A DNA stretch of 64,000 nt from Octopus vulgaris (lineage: Eukaryota), in assembly GCA_951406725.2 (NCBI GenBank), contig OX597814.1, positions 167,586,001 to 167,650,000 of the forward strand. The letters are read 5' to 3'. Positions 39,391 to 55,850 of the stretch are shown here, in pieces. Below the pieces are notes generated by a model. The model saw nothing but the letters and a program-made list of their open reading frames with translations. It made no database searches and was not told the origin of the DNA. The position numbers and the translations under genes are program-made. How positions within the stretch are numbered: the first letter of the stretch is position 1; every line of letters begins with the position of its first letter.

Positions 39391-39432
39391 AACTCTAACC
39401 AGTTTTCATCGCAATGCAAATTTTCAAGAATT
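39391..39432 (-). ncRNA. Minimal type I hammerhead ribozyme candidate (U3-A8 core variant)
   Basis: Minus strand reads AATTC-TTGAAAA-TTTGCATTGCGAT-GAAA-ACTGGT-TA-GAGTT: stem I, core, stem II, near-palindromic stem III and UH site. Confidence 0.6.
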
Positions 39433-39798
39433 GAAAGGTGAAAAGAAAATTTTTTTTTAATTTAGGAGAGGGAAAAAAGAAATTTACATTGTTTTTTGCA
39501 AAAAAATAATAATAAACATAGACAAAAATTAAAAAAATAGGTATACCGATACATTGTAAAGTCTTTATGTATCTTGAGTTCAATGATAGTCCTTGGAAAA
39601 ATTACCTTGGAGGATTAAGATTCAGGTAATTAAACGTGGTGTTTAATTTAGGATGCTTGTTAAATGAATGTCGAAACAGAGAATGGGGTAGGAATTATCC
39701 AATTCCTGTGGATAAGAGGAGACAACTCTGGATTTTATGCTCTTTAATTGGGATTATCAATTTTTTGTCAGATAGGATGTTAGAAAAAAGAAGTATGA

Positions 39799-40345
39799 TC
39801 ATCGTGGAGTTTGCATATTAAGATGCGTTTTGAATTTTTCAATAAAAAGATTCTCCTTGTTAATTCTTTCTTGTGTAGTGATTCCGTCTTTACATTGGTA
39901 GAAGGGGAATATGTAAAATTTAGGATTTTTGTCTTTAGTGCACAAGTCTATGTGGCTACTTAGTGGAATTTGACGGTATTCTGGGAGATTTATTTGTTCT
40001 TTATGGACCGCTACTCTTTTACGTAAAGGGTGGCTTGTTTGTCCAACATAATTATGTTGGCAACTGGCACATGTGAGAACGTAGATAAAGTTTTCGGAGG
40101 AACAGGAGAAGTTGGTCTTGATTTTAAACTTTGTTCCTTGTTTGAAAGTAAATTCAGAGCCTTCAAGTAGGAAGGGGCAGGTGCCACAGTTCAGGCATGC
40201 ACATTTTTTAACTGATGAGGGTGGATGTGATGTGTGAAGTTTGGCATTTGTCAAGAGTTTTTTCAAAGATCTATGTTGCCTTTTACATTTGAGGATTTTA
40301 TGTGTATTGATAATATTATTCATTTTTGGGGTCTGTGAACAGTAG
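39799..40345 (-). CDS. Penelope-like element C-terminus: Cys linker and GIY-YIG endonuclease (partial)
   Basis: [13 protein letters not shown]...[33 protein letters not shown]...[13 protein letters not shown]. The upstream part of track ORF 39799-40767 is microsatellite and SINE. Confidence 0.92.
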
Positions 40346-40349
40346 AGTA

Positions 40350-40425
40350 AATGTATATATATACATGTATATATATACATGTATATATATAGATGTATAT
40401 ATATATATAGATATATATACGTGTG

Positions 40426-40469
<44 letters not shown>

Positions 40470-40495
40470 AATGTATACATATACATGTATATGTA

Positions 40496-40538
<43 letters not shown>

Positions 40539-40680
40539 GTATATGTATATATACACATGTATATGTATATATACACATGTATATGTATATATACACATGT
40601 ATATGTATACATATACATGTATATGTATACATATACATGTATATGTATACATACACATATACACATGCACACACATATAC
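40350..40680. repeat. Compound TA microsatellite with a 20-bp minisatellite
   Basis: atacacatgtatatgtatat-type units repeated at about 40531-40650. Confidence 0.9.
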
Positions 40681-40992
40681 ATAGGTGTAGGTGTGGCTGT
40701 GTGGTAACAAACTTGGTTCCAAAACACATGGTCCTGGGTTCAGTCCCACTCTGTGGTAACTTGGCATGTGTCTTCTGCTATACCCTCAGACCATATGTAT
40801 GTATGTATGTAAATGTATGTGTGTGTCTTTGTCTCTATGTTTCTCCCTTATCACTGCTTCACAACTGCTGTTTGTTTATTTACCTTTCTGATTTGACAAG
40901 AAAAAACTGATAGAATAAGTACCAGACTTATCAAAATGAAAAAAAAAGCACTGGGGTCAATTCATTTGGCAAAAAATTCTTCAAGGCAGTGT
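40681..40992 (+). mobile_element. SINE family A, diverged
   Basis: gtggctgtgtggtaac...gggttcagtcccact...gatagaataagtacc. Confidence 0.8.
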
Positions 40993-41071
40993 CTCGTATT
41001 TCTGTTTGCCCACTCAGTTGTATCTATCAATTTATCTTTTTGTGTGTGTGTGTATATATATATATATATAA

Positions 41072-41371
41072 TGTGGAGGTGCAGTGGCCCAGTGGTTAGG
41101 GCAGCGGACTTGCGGTTGTAGGATCGCAGTTTCGATTCACAGACTGGGCGTTGTGAGTGTTTATTGAGTGAAAACACCTAAAGCTCCACGAGACTCCAGC
41201 AGGGGGTGGTGGCAATCCCTGCTGTACTCTTTCATCACAACTTTCTCTCACTCTTTCTTCTGTTGGCCTGCTTGCTTAGTCAGCGGGGTGGCATCATTTG
41301 ATGGCTAAAACAATGTGAAGTGCATTATGACCAGCGATGTGTAGCCTGGTTGGTCGCAGTGATCACTGTGA
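41072..41371 (+). mobile_element. SINE family B (tRNA-derived) inside (TA)n
   Basis: A box tggcccagtggtt and B box gtttcgattc; second copy at 52060; TA runs on both sides. Confidence 0.88.
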
Positions 41372-41438
41372 TATATATATATATATATATATAATACACA
41401 CACACATATATGCATGTATGTATAAGTGCATATTCATA

Positions 41439-43119
41439 TCTATTATATGAATGTCAATGTCTTTATGTGTGTTCGTGTGTTACTTATACATTCGAAAATT
41501 GCTGCACCAATCATAAAGAAATTTGGAGCACAAAATCTAAGCCTAGGGAGAAGAGTAATACTGTGTGTTTCATACAATTTTGTGGACCAAAATTACTGAA
41601 TGGATCCTTATATTTGGAACTTAGATTCAATGCAAAAGGGCGAGTATAATGCAATATGTTTGGTTTGAATTTCAGATCGCTTAAAGAGGGCAGAACCCCA
41701 ATGAAAATTCATAAATTTTCGATGTTTATGAAATTTCAACCATGGGTAATTGATACACATCAAGAACTATTCTCAAAGTTTCCACTTCTCATGAGGATTC
41801 TAAGACATCCTAATGGGGGCCTTAACTCCAAAATTTTAGTCATTTCTTTTATGATCCAAAACTAGGTCAAGAGTACTGAATGGATTTTTATGAAATTTGG
41901 AAATTATATTCTGCATAAGGGCCATAAACCCCATGACAATTCATATATTTTTACTGTTGATGAAATTTTAACCATAGATATTAGACACTAGTGAAATAAT
42001 ATTTATAAAATTTCATCTTCTTACAAGTTAGAAAGATCCCTTCATGGGGACTTAACACCCACAATTTAGTCATTTTATCTAAGCAAAGACGAATACAGTT
42101 GTACTCTTGGAAGTTGTAGGGTCACCTGAGCATAAAAGATGAGCATTATTTGTAATTCAATGGTACAACAGTGTAAGAGTTTGCTTTTAGATATACTTAG
42201 ATTGTAATTTCTGCAATGTGGGGCATAAATTGTCAAGTAAAGGAGAGGCATATTTAACCCAACTGATTCAGTTGCAAAGTGTTGAGTAAAGTTATTTGGC
42301 TGCAGACCTCCTTTGAGTCTTTTTATTATCAATGGGTCACACATAGTCCCCAGATAGTAACATTCATTTCAAGGCCTTCCCAGATGAGTGACTGGTTATT
42401 CAAAGACATTTATAGATTGTAAATTTATTCTGTCCAGTTACGTATCAGTATAGTGGTCATTTGCAAACTCCAGAGGTGACATTTTCATTTCTCCTTAGCC
42501 CTCATGTCACACAGTTGTTAATGTTTATTTGAGTTGGGTCACGCCCTTCCAATTGCTATAGATCCCTAATACATCTTACGGCTGTGCCTATCACCTGTAT
42601 AGTGAGGAATCCTACATTGGGAGTGGTAACGACTAGGGTACGGTAGCTGACTGCTTATTGTGATCATTCATCTTTTGGTTTCCTGTAGCTTTGCTCTCTT
42701 TTACAAACTCATTGAACATACATTATTTCCTATATCAAAGAAATTCAAACAATAGATATAAGACCCAAGTTAAAAAGATTCTCAACAATTCAACTTCTCT
42801 GGTTGACATTAAGACACCCACCCCAATAGGGGCCTTAACTCTCACATTTTAGAGCTCCATGACCGCCATTTTTCAGGAGCAAAATCCTTTTAACAGTTTC
42901 TATAAGACTGGAATTTTGGAATATGTGCATAAAAATCAGTAGTATGGGATACATGTGGCATGATTACAATTTTTTAGGATGTGTAAAGAGGGAAATAGCC
43001 CTCATCTGCAATTTTGATGAAATTCGAAACATAGTTATTCCAGTTCATTACAGAAAATATAACAGAAAAGTCTAATTCTTCAATTGCATGTAACACGGGC
43101 AAGCCGGGTATATCTGCTA

Positions 43120-43120
<1 letters not shown>
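41439..43120 (+). mobile_element. Non-autonomous Helitron-like element
   Basis: Starts A|TCtattat and ends acgggcaagccgggtatatctgCTAG|T (subterminal GC-rich hairpin and CTAG). Internal repeated blocks (atgaaattt, gggggccttaactc). The 5' boundary is less certain. Confidence 0.65.
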
Positions 43121-46835
<3,715 letters not shown>

Positions 46836-47459
46836 CTTGTTGAGATATATATCATTGTTTAACATCCATTTTCCATACTGGCATGGGTTAGATAGTTTGT
46901 CTAGAGACTGGCAAGCCAGGAGGCTGCACTGGCATCGGCCACATTCAGATGGTGCTTTTTATGTGCTACTGGAATTTTCTTTGCAGCCATGTAGTTTTGG
47001 ATTCAGTTCAAGTATAGCATTGGCTGACCAAATCTTGTGAATGGATTTAATAGACAAAAACTAAAAGAAGTTCATCTTTCGGGGGTGGAGAGACAGGCAG
47101 AGAGAGAGAGAAAATGTGTGTATATGTATGAGCTTGTGTCTCCTTGTCTTGACATCATGTGCTAGTTGTAAATAAATGTTATTGCAATCTTCCATGAAAA
47201 CATGTTCAGTCATTATGTTATTCATTTTCTAAATACTGGGGGGAAATATTACAGGTAAGGGTAGGTGATAAGAAGAGCATCTGGCCATTGAAATCTTCCT
47301 CAATGAATTTGGTCTGATCCATGCATGGCAAAGCACATGTTAAAAAGATGATGATAGACACATGCATGTACATGTGTAGGTGTGCATGTGTATATGTTTA
47401 ATCCATAACCAGGAGTCCAATAAAATAAATTGCTTCACCATTACTACATATATACATAC

Positions 47460-48232
47460 GTATACATAAATATGTAATGCTGTCTGTCTGTCTGTGTGTT
47501 TGGGGTTACTCTAACTCCTCCCACACTGTCCAACTGATTTTAATGACTTTTGGCACATAAGTAGATCACATGCCCAGAAGTTCAAATAAGGCCAGAATTT
47601 TTCAATAACTCAATAATGCTCAGTTGGCATCAATTTTTGTGAGCTCAATCAGGCATTTGAATGGAAATTCCCATAATGATATTATTTTTCCTGCAGCTTT
47701 TGCATTTTTTGTCCAATTTTGATGAAAATTGATGAGTGAGCGAGGCTCATGGTATCAGTATATGGTGTTGATAAAAAATCGATAATTGCACCTGAGCAGT
47801 CGTTTTATAAAATCAATAGGCTTTTTGAGTGCAAATACCCATAGAGATTTTATTTTTGGCCATAACTTTTATATTTTCATGTACATGGTCACGTGGATTC
47901 TATTTTATGATATAATCTTAACACTTTTCTTCAGATTTTGCTGAGATTGCACACACTGATCAGTTTTGTACAGAGGATGGCATTAAGGGGAGAGAAATAA
48001 ACAAACATCACCAACGGGTTGAGGTACACCCAAAAGTCTGACTGTGATGTCAGACGGTCCAGTCTGTAGGTGTATGTCGAAAGCATTAACCGGGTAAAAT
48101 CCCTGCCTAACCAGACATAACATCTTAATGGGTATTAGTTGGCACAGAGAACGTTGAAGATTTCAATACAAAGTCAGAGGTGGGCTTAACTTCAATATAG
48201 AAAACATGAGCAACACCAGGTCCAACAGCTAG
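47460..48232 (+). mobile_element. Non-autonomous Helitron-like element, diverged
   Basis: 5' (TGTC)n tract and 3' end atgagcaacaccaggtccaacagCTAG|T, resembling the terminus at 43095-43120. Confidence 0.55.
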
Positions 48233-51129
48233 TACATATATCCATACATACACACACATAGACAGACAGATTAAATATGTAATCTTTCCCACTTTTGATT
48301 TATCCATTGGGTTGGAGAGGACTTAAGAGTTTGTTGTCAGAGTCTTGCAATTTTCTCTCTAGCATTATGAGATATTTTGTTAGTTTCTTTACTCAAACAT
48401 TTTTGGATTGGTTCATTTTATTCCTTGTTATACAAATTGTTTAAAATACCCTTCAAACTATCAGCCTGCAAAGCTTAGGTTATTCCTAAAGGTATTAATG
48501 TATTTCTATTGTGCCATTTGTGTTTATTATACCAGTTGTAGTTGATGGAGTAATTTGATTACTGCTAAACACTTCAAAACATAATAGTTTGGAGTCGTTT
48601 TATATAACCTGCTCTAGATCCGGCTAAGTGTTGCTGTTCCATGCTAACACTTATCAGTTGTTCAGTCTCTCTGCTACTTACAGAAGAGAATTTTTATATC
48701 TCTTCCTGGATGTCTGAAAAACTGAAAATTTCTAGAGACACCACATAGTACTGGTGATGTGATACAGTTTGCTTACCCTTTGATGATGATATTTTGCAGC
48801 TTTTGGTTTACTGAATGGTGGTTTTCTAAGATCATCGACTTTTACTGGTATGAATTTGTAGTAGTAATATATTACATACAAGTAACATTTGTTTCTTGCA
48901 TTGAATGCTTATAAGTCAACAACTTTTATGAAGTTGTATTTCAAATCAACAGCCCTTTTGAAACCAACTTGTTCCCCTAAAGCAACCTCTAATAATTCTA
49001 TGACAAAGACTTCTCATTTTAAAGTGATCATATTTAAACTAAAACTTTTATATCATAATTATATTTTGTTATTTTCCAAACACTAGCTTAGTAATGAATA
49101 AGTTATTTTATAATTCTTTTCAAATTTTTAATTATTTTCATAGTTAATTCAAACATGAGGCTGTGTATTTTCCTCAAAATCTATTCATGAAGGATTTAAT
49201 AAAATAGCATACCCGGGCTTAATCAATTCATCTACTATGTAAATTTTCACACTCAGCACACTTAAACTTTTACAAAACTAAAATAAGCTATTTGCATTCA
49301 TACTTGTATTAATATTCATTTATCATGAAAATATATTATATATTGCATTGACTGCTGTAAACAAAGATTCTTTGTTTTCTTTCTGATAAGACAGAAGTCA
49401 TACTAAATACGTATTAGTAACAAAACTTAAATTTAAATGCAACATTATACTATGGAAATAATTTAAGAACTTTCCAAAATTAATTTATAAATGTCTGACT
49501 TATTTAATTTTTACATTTACAACTCTTTCCATTTGCTTAGAATTGAATATTTTAAACTATTCATTTGCACATTTACTTCAACAACAAACAAGTTTGGGGG
49601 AAGACATGATGGACTTGCTCAGAAAGACGAAAATTATTTTCTTCATACTTTTATGAAGAATGACTTGCAAATTCAGTCAGTTTGAAAAAGCTGAATTCAA
49701 CTAACAATAAGCATTATAACCAGTCATTTAATCTCTATAAGTCATAATATTTAATTAAAGAAATTAATCACTTACAAATTTAGAATGATGAACAGATGAA
49801 CATTTTCAGACTAAAAGTGTTTTTTCTTTTTTTTGTTCTTTCACAAAATGCTGGATTTCGTTTTGCACATAGATTACACAGCATCTCAAATGTTAGTGAA
49901 ATATGTTCAGGACCAGCTCAGCTCAACTGGTAAATTATTTCTAGTTCTTCTGTAGATAGATATGCAAAAAAAGCACACTACCAAGAATTTTGTTATAATT
50001 ACAAAACTACAATAGACACTGCCCTCATAAGATAAAAGTACACTTATGTTTTTAACAAAGAAACAAGGCCTCAGATTTGTAAAGGGAATTTATATCAAGC
50101 CAGTAAGAAAACCTTTACATGGTTGCTCAGTCTGCTAGAAATAACAGCTTAAATTTCCAATAAACTACATCCAAGTCTTAAAGAAAAAGAAAATAGATAA
50201 TGTAATTCTGAAAGAAAGATGGAATTGTCACATCAGAGATGGCTTTGATTAGAGACCCAAATCAACTGTGGTCCAGCAGGATTGGTGTTGAACTACAACC
50301 AGATGCATTCCAGATGTGACTATCTATTGTTAACAATGTTAACAACTTATTTCTTAAGTAACTAGAAGGAATTCATGTTGTAGAAATTATGTTTCTTGGT
50401 TAAAATTCATTCAGAGTATGCATAAACCATCTTACTAAGAGAGATTTCAGGTCTTCCCTCACCAAATCTTAAAATATTTTACCATCATGCAAATTGCAAA
50501 TTATTTTATAAATCATTTTACTACTTTATCCAGAAAATGGTAAAATACTTTACCATTTGCTTGATAAAATGGCCATGCTGTTAACAACCCTAATGAAGGC
50601 CTTGCTCATAAAAAGAAAGAAAAACTCTTTGTGCTCATCCTTTAACATAGATAAAATTTAAATGAACTTAATCATAATTAACTTACCAAATTTCTGTGTC
50701 AAATTTCTGTGTCTTAATATGCATTACTATGAAAAGTTTTAGAGTATCTTTTAATTTAGCAATCATAACCATTATGTAACTGAAGCTTAAGAAATTTTGT
50801 AAAGATATGTTCTGGGTGTAATATTTTGTGGCAGTAGCACTAGAGAATTGTCACATCTTCAACAAGACTATCCGGTCCTCTCAATCCTACACTTAACAGA
50901 GTGTACTGGGTGTATTTTATGTGGCACCAGCACAAGAAATTATAGAGAAAAGAGAATGATTGCTAGCAGGAGGTTCCTGTGCACCTACTGCATATAAAGT
51001 CTATATTCTCTGTTGGGCTGTGATTACCCCATTACACCTCTTATTTGTCCATATATGCACACCATATAGAATTTCTACCTTTTTGTTTTCACACTGAACA
51101 TGGCCATTAGTAGTGTCAGGGACCTGTCT

Positions 51130-51820
51130 CCACTTTAACTTATTAATACATTGGTATTAGTGTCTTTGCTAAGTTTACTCTCAGAGACCTCTTAATTCCA
51201 AGTTTTTGTTTCCATGCTTGGAATTCCTTTTCTAATTCTGCTGCTGAATGGCTATAAGAACTAAGTTATCTTCATGGAGAAGTTCCTACAGCCAGCTGGT
51301 CTTAAATCCTTCTGTTAAGAGCACTATAATACATAGAGCTGAGTTAAGGACTGGTACCCCACCTTGTTAAATTTATCACTGTACTCTTTACTAACTCCCA
51401 TTTTGCTTTTACAGTTCTCTTAAGCCATTCATATTCCTCTGTGACCACTAAATCACAGAGCATGAAAACTTGTGAAAGGCCTTCTTTAGATCAACTAAAA
51501 GCAGGTAAAGGGGCTTATGCCAGGCTAGATACTTCTTCTGCAGCTGTTTCACTAAGAAATGGTACCACTGGTATTTCTTTCAAACACAAAACCAAACTAC
51601 ATTGTTTCTACGTTAATTCTCATCTAAATCATTGTGTTATAACTCTTTTTGGTAGCTTTTATGTCCTGATCCAACAGTTAAATACTTTAATACTTACTTC
51701 TATGTAGTGTATTTCCTTTGCCTTTGTAGTAGTTAATGATGCTGCTATGCCTGTCAGTGGATTACCTGATTTAGTATGTGGGTATCTAGTCTTTGTCCTA
51801 TTTCACTAGACATTTTTAAT
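51130..51820 (-). pseudogene. Old, heavily decayed RTE RT fragment
   Basis: Patches match the young copies: cttctgcagctg, ccaaactacat, cctgatccaacag, cctttgtagtagttaa, cccaccttgttaa. Confidence 0.7.
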
Positions 51821-52059
51821 ATTATGTTCACGCACATGCTTATGTTTTTAATTGCAATCAAGAAAGTGTTCTCCGGACGCAATAGTTTACTTATTTGAAT
51901 GAAGTCACTGTTTTACTCTCTACATATGTGGAGTTTTTCATGGTATACTTGTTCAGGTTGTATAAGGTTTAAATAAACGCATCTTGTGAATTCCAGGCAA
52001 CTTGAGAATGAAGCTTTGAGTTTGTACAGGTAATATATATATATATATATATATATATA

Positions 52060-52348
52060 CACGTCACCGTCACCGACCAGGCTATCAGATGCTGCTACAC
52101 ATCGCTGGTCACAATGTGCTTCACATTGTTTTAACCTTTAAATGACGCCACCCCACTGGCTAAGCGAGCAGGCCAACAGAAGAAAGAGGTGAGAGAAAGT
52201 ACAGCAGGGATCCCCACCATCCCCTGCTGGAGCCTCGTGGAGCTTGGTGTTTTCGCTCAATAAACACTCACAACGCCCGGTCAGGGAATCGAAACCGCGA
52301 TCCTACGACCACGAGTCCGCTGCCCTAACCACTGGGCCATTGCGCCTC

Positions 52349-52352
<4 letters not shown>
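52060..52352 (-). mobile_element. SINE family B inside (TA)n
   Basis: Reverse complement of 41072-41371; head tgtggaggcgcaatggcccagtggttagggcagcggac...ggtttcgattccc. Confidence 0.9.
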
Positions 52353-52401
<49 letters not shown>

Positions 52402-53476
52402 CTGTATTTGCATGTGTGGTTGTGTGCACACACGTGTGCATGTAGGAATATGTTTATGTAACATTTTGAATGTGTTGAAGTTAAATGATATCCCTAGTGT
52501 TTGGGAATTTACAATATATCTTTGTTAAAATGCTTCTAGGCTGAAGATAAAATGCCATACAGTATCTATTTGAGTCTAATTTGAAATAAAGAATTGAACT
52601 CCTAAAATAATTACTATAGTTCTTGTAACTCTATCACTAAGAGAAATATATAAATTGTAAGAAAAATATCCAAATCATAAACGTTTATTTAGTTGATCTA
52701 AAAGTAACATTAGAGTTCATAAGAATGGCATTAAGAAAAACTGTTTTTACAGATTCATTACCCCTTTAACGTTTTCTGGATGCAGAACCCCCTTAAGCTT
52801 AAAACTCAGCTTGGAGCAATTGGTCCAATTATCAGTGAATGTTTTAATAATTTTATTATCAGATGTCAAAAATATACCTTAAATACAAGCTGTCAAGTTT
52901 GGTAAATTTCAAATGCCATCTGCCTGTCACTTGAGAGTTTATTTAGGTGTCTGATTCTGTCAATAGATTGGTGAGGAAAAACATAACTTCATGGAATGGA
53001 TGACTGTCTTAGGACAAAAATGTTATAATTACATCAAAACAATGTAAAACTCTCAAAATGCCGCTGTGATTGATAATATTATAAATATTACACACCTCTA
53101 GATATAACTGTATGGTTAAGTAATTCACTAAGAAGCTGTATGGTTCCAGGTTTGATCTCACTGTACAGTACCCTACACATGTCTTCTGTTGCAGTCTCAG
53201 ATTGACCAATAGCTTGTTGATAGAATTTGGTAGACAAAAATGGTGAAGAAGGCTATTGAATGTGTATGTGTGTGTGTAAGAGCCAAGGATCAAAGTGTAG
53301 GAATTTTGTAAGCTTTGGGCCGTCCATAATAGGTGTAAAATGTTCAGGAACAACAATAATAATTTGTTTGCGAGGGTTGTGGCTTTTCCCATATTTTTTT
53401 ACAGATCATGGTTAGCAACTTCAGTTGCTGTGAATGTGAAAAAAATCTAAATTGAGGGAGTGGAGCAGGTAGAATA

Positions 53477-53561
53477 CCGGCTACATGTTTCCTGGCTAGT
53501 AGATCTTCTGATGTAATAATTACTCAATGAGGAGTACTCTGCTAGCTACTCATTGGGCCAA
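53477..53561 (-). ncRNA. Degenerate minimal hammerhead-like motif
   Basis: Minus strand reads ttggc-CCAATGA-gtagctag...ctagccag-GAAA-CATG-TA-gccgg. Confidence 0.35.
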
Positions 53562-53563
53562 AG

Positions 53564-53634
<71 letters not shown>

Positions 53635-53775
53635 GAGGGATGTCCACGTAGTAGTCATCCCTCTTATATGTATGTAATAAATTTTTCTGAATCTTCAGAT
53701 TTTAATATGCTAGACCACTGGTTTTAAATTGATATTAATCAAATTAATATTCAGTTTTCACCATTATTATTTTAA

Positions 53776-53810
<35 letters not shown>

Positions 53811-53829
53811 GCATAAATACATATGCATA

Positions 53830-54452
53830 CATTATGTGACTGCGTAGTAAGAAGCTTGCTTCTCAACCACATGGTTCCGGGTTCAGTTCCACTGCATGCC
53901 CCCTTGGACAAGTGTCTTCTATTATAGCTTCAGGCCAACCAAAGCCTTGTGAGTGCATTTGGTAGACAGAAACTGAAAGGAGCCAATCATATATTTACAA
54001 AATTTCTCCTCTTCTATACAAAACAAAAAAACGTCCTCTTTCCAATTTATATAAAAGGCGGCAAAAATTTACTGAGCATTACCTTGAAGAGTTTGATTGA
54101 ATGAAAGTGCTAGTAAAGAACTATCCAAAATTCTGACTGCCTCCTTTTTAATATATGACATCTGTACACCACTTCCAACACTTGATAAATATACACACAC
54201 ACACACACACACATATATGTGTGTAGGTGGTTCTTTGTGTCTGTTTGCCCCCATCCCCCTCCGCTACTGCTTGACAACCAGTGTTGGTGTGTTTACCTCT
54301 CTGTAATCTAGCATTTCAGCAAAAGAGACTGATAGAATAAGTACTAGGCTTTAAAAAAAAAAAGGTCCCTGGGGTCGATTTGTCCAACTAAAACCCTTCA
54401 AGGCAGTGTTCCAGGATGGCCATGCTCAACCGACTGAAACAAGTAAAAGAAT
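53830..54452 (+). mobile_element. SINE family A with about 200 bp of unrelated sequence in the middle
   Basis: Head and CORE-like part at 53830-53990; 3' part at 54215-54452. Confidence 0.8.
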
Positions 54453-54859
54453 ACATAATTTTTGCTATGCATTTGAGTAACTTATTTTATAACATAGACT
54501 TTAATTAAAAGTAAAGCATGAATTAAATGAATATATATATGTATATAATATATATATAACAGATTAGTTTCTCTATTCAGATAGAACAATGGGAGTGGGT
54601 ATATACACAGGAGTTTTATTAACATATTGATTTTTCTTTTGTTTTTGTTGTCAACAAGGAAGGTGAAAAAGAAACTGAAATAGATAGAAATTTTGCTAAA
54701 AATTATATTTTTACATAAAATATTCATTTCATTTTCTAAAATTGTTGTGTTTGGTGTCATATGTTTTAAGTAAATATAATTTAGCCTAAACAATGTGAAA
54801 GACAAAAAAAATGAATGAAGCAATGCCCAGTAAGCATGAAATTAAATTTCCACTAATTA

Positions 54860-55257
54860 TCTTTTACTTGTGTGAGTCATTGGACTGCAGCCATTCTGGA
54901 GCACCACCTTAAAAGATTTTAGTCGAGTAAATCAACCCCAGGGATATTCTGTTATTCTCTTAAGCTAAACTGCTGAGTTATAGGGACATAAATAAACCAA
55001 CACTGACTGTTAAGTGATGGTGAGGGACCAACACAAAATCATATCTAGATACATACACGCATGTGCACATATATGCAACAGGCCTCTTTCAGTTTCTGTC
55101 TACCAAATCCACTCTCAAGACTGTTTGGCCACACTGCTACTGGGGCTATAATAGAACACACTTGTCCAAGATGCCACACAGCAGGACTGAACCTGGGACC
55201 ATGTGGTTGGGAAGCAAACTTCTTGCCATGCTTCTGCCTACAGCCATGCCTGCACCT
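54860..55257 (-). mobile_element. SINE family A
   Basis: cttttacttg...ggagcaccacc...ctttcagtttctgtctaccaaatccactc...ggactgaacctgggaccatgtggttg. Confidence 0.85.
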
Positions 55258-55413
55258 AGATAAAAAGTTTAAAAATTCAGTGAAAAGAACTGGTAATCTA
55301 TAACAGCAAAAAAAAAAAAGCAATTAGGAACATTAGTAACATAAGGTAAGTTTGTGTGGTGAGGTGTGGTGTTCATGGGATTCTGATGTATTGAGCCAGG
55401 GCTTTCTACTTAA

Positions 55414-55850
55414 CCCTTTTGTTATCATATTTTTGTTGAAATGTACTCCCTTGTAATTAATTTTCAAAATAAGGAATAATTTATTAAAATAACTTTGTAG
55501 TTATTAAGTTAAACTTTAGAACATAAATTAACATGGAATCTCAGTGAAAGGTTTTAACTCTTTAGCATTCACATTATTTTGTCTAAAGTAATACTTATTT
55601 ATTTACATTGTTTTAAATTAATCATGCATTATTTGGTAACTTTGAGAGCTTGTATGAGGTGACTGTTAATTTTTAGAATGATAATGTAGGGTTGGTGTGA
55701 AAGGTCAGATCTGACCAGTTTGAACATAAAACAGATTAAATATTTTGGCTGAATGTGATTGGTTTGAATGCTAAAGGGTTAATTTAGATCACTTTAAAAC
55801 AGGGAATTTTGTAGTGTAGAAATAGGGGCAGTCTAAGGTGAGGAGTGATA
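55414..55850. mobile_element. Older piggyBac-type MITE (family P2) interrupted by a P1 MITE
   Basis: Starts TTAA-cccttttgttatc, aligns with the reverse complement of 56985-57204, and continues after 55782. The right end is eroded. Confidence 0.7.
55558..55778. mobile_element. piggyBac-type MITE, family P1 (nested)
   Basis: TTAA-ctctttagcattca ... tgaatgctaaaggg-TTAA. Confidence 0.9.

Larger units (their letters stand above)
39361..40345 (-). mobile_element. 5'-truncated Penelope-like element (endonuclease region and 3' pseudo-LTR)
   Basis: GIY-YIG ORF followed by about 430 bp of AT-rich tail containing a hammerhead-like motif. Confidence 0.85.

Noticed and set aside
40345-40767. N-terminal half of the 322-aa track ORF
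   Set aside because: It is SINE and microsatellite sequence that happens to be in frame with the truncated Penelope ORF.
52280-52352. tRNA gene (also at 41072)
   Set aside because: A and B boxes are present, but there is no good acceptor stem and the sequence continues into a shared SINE body.
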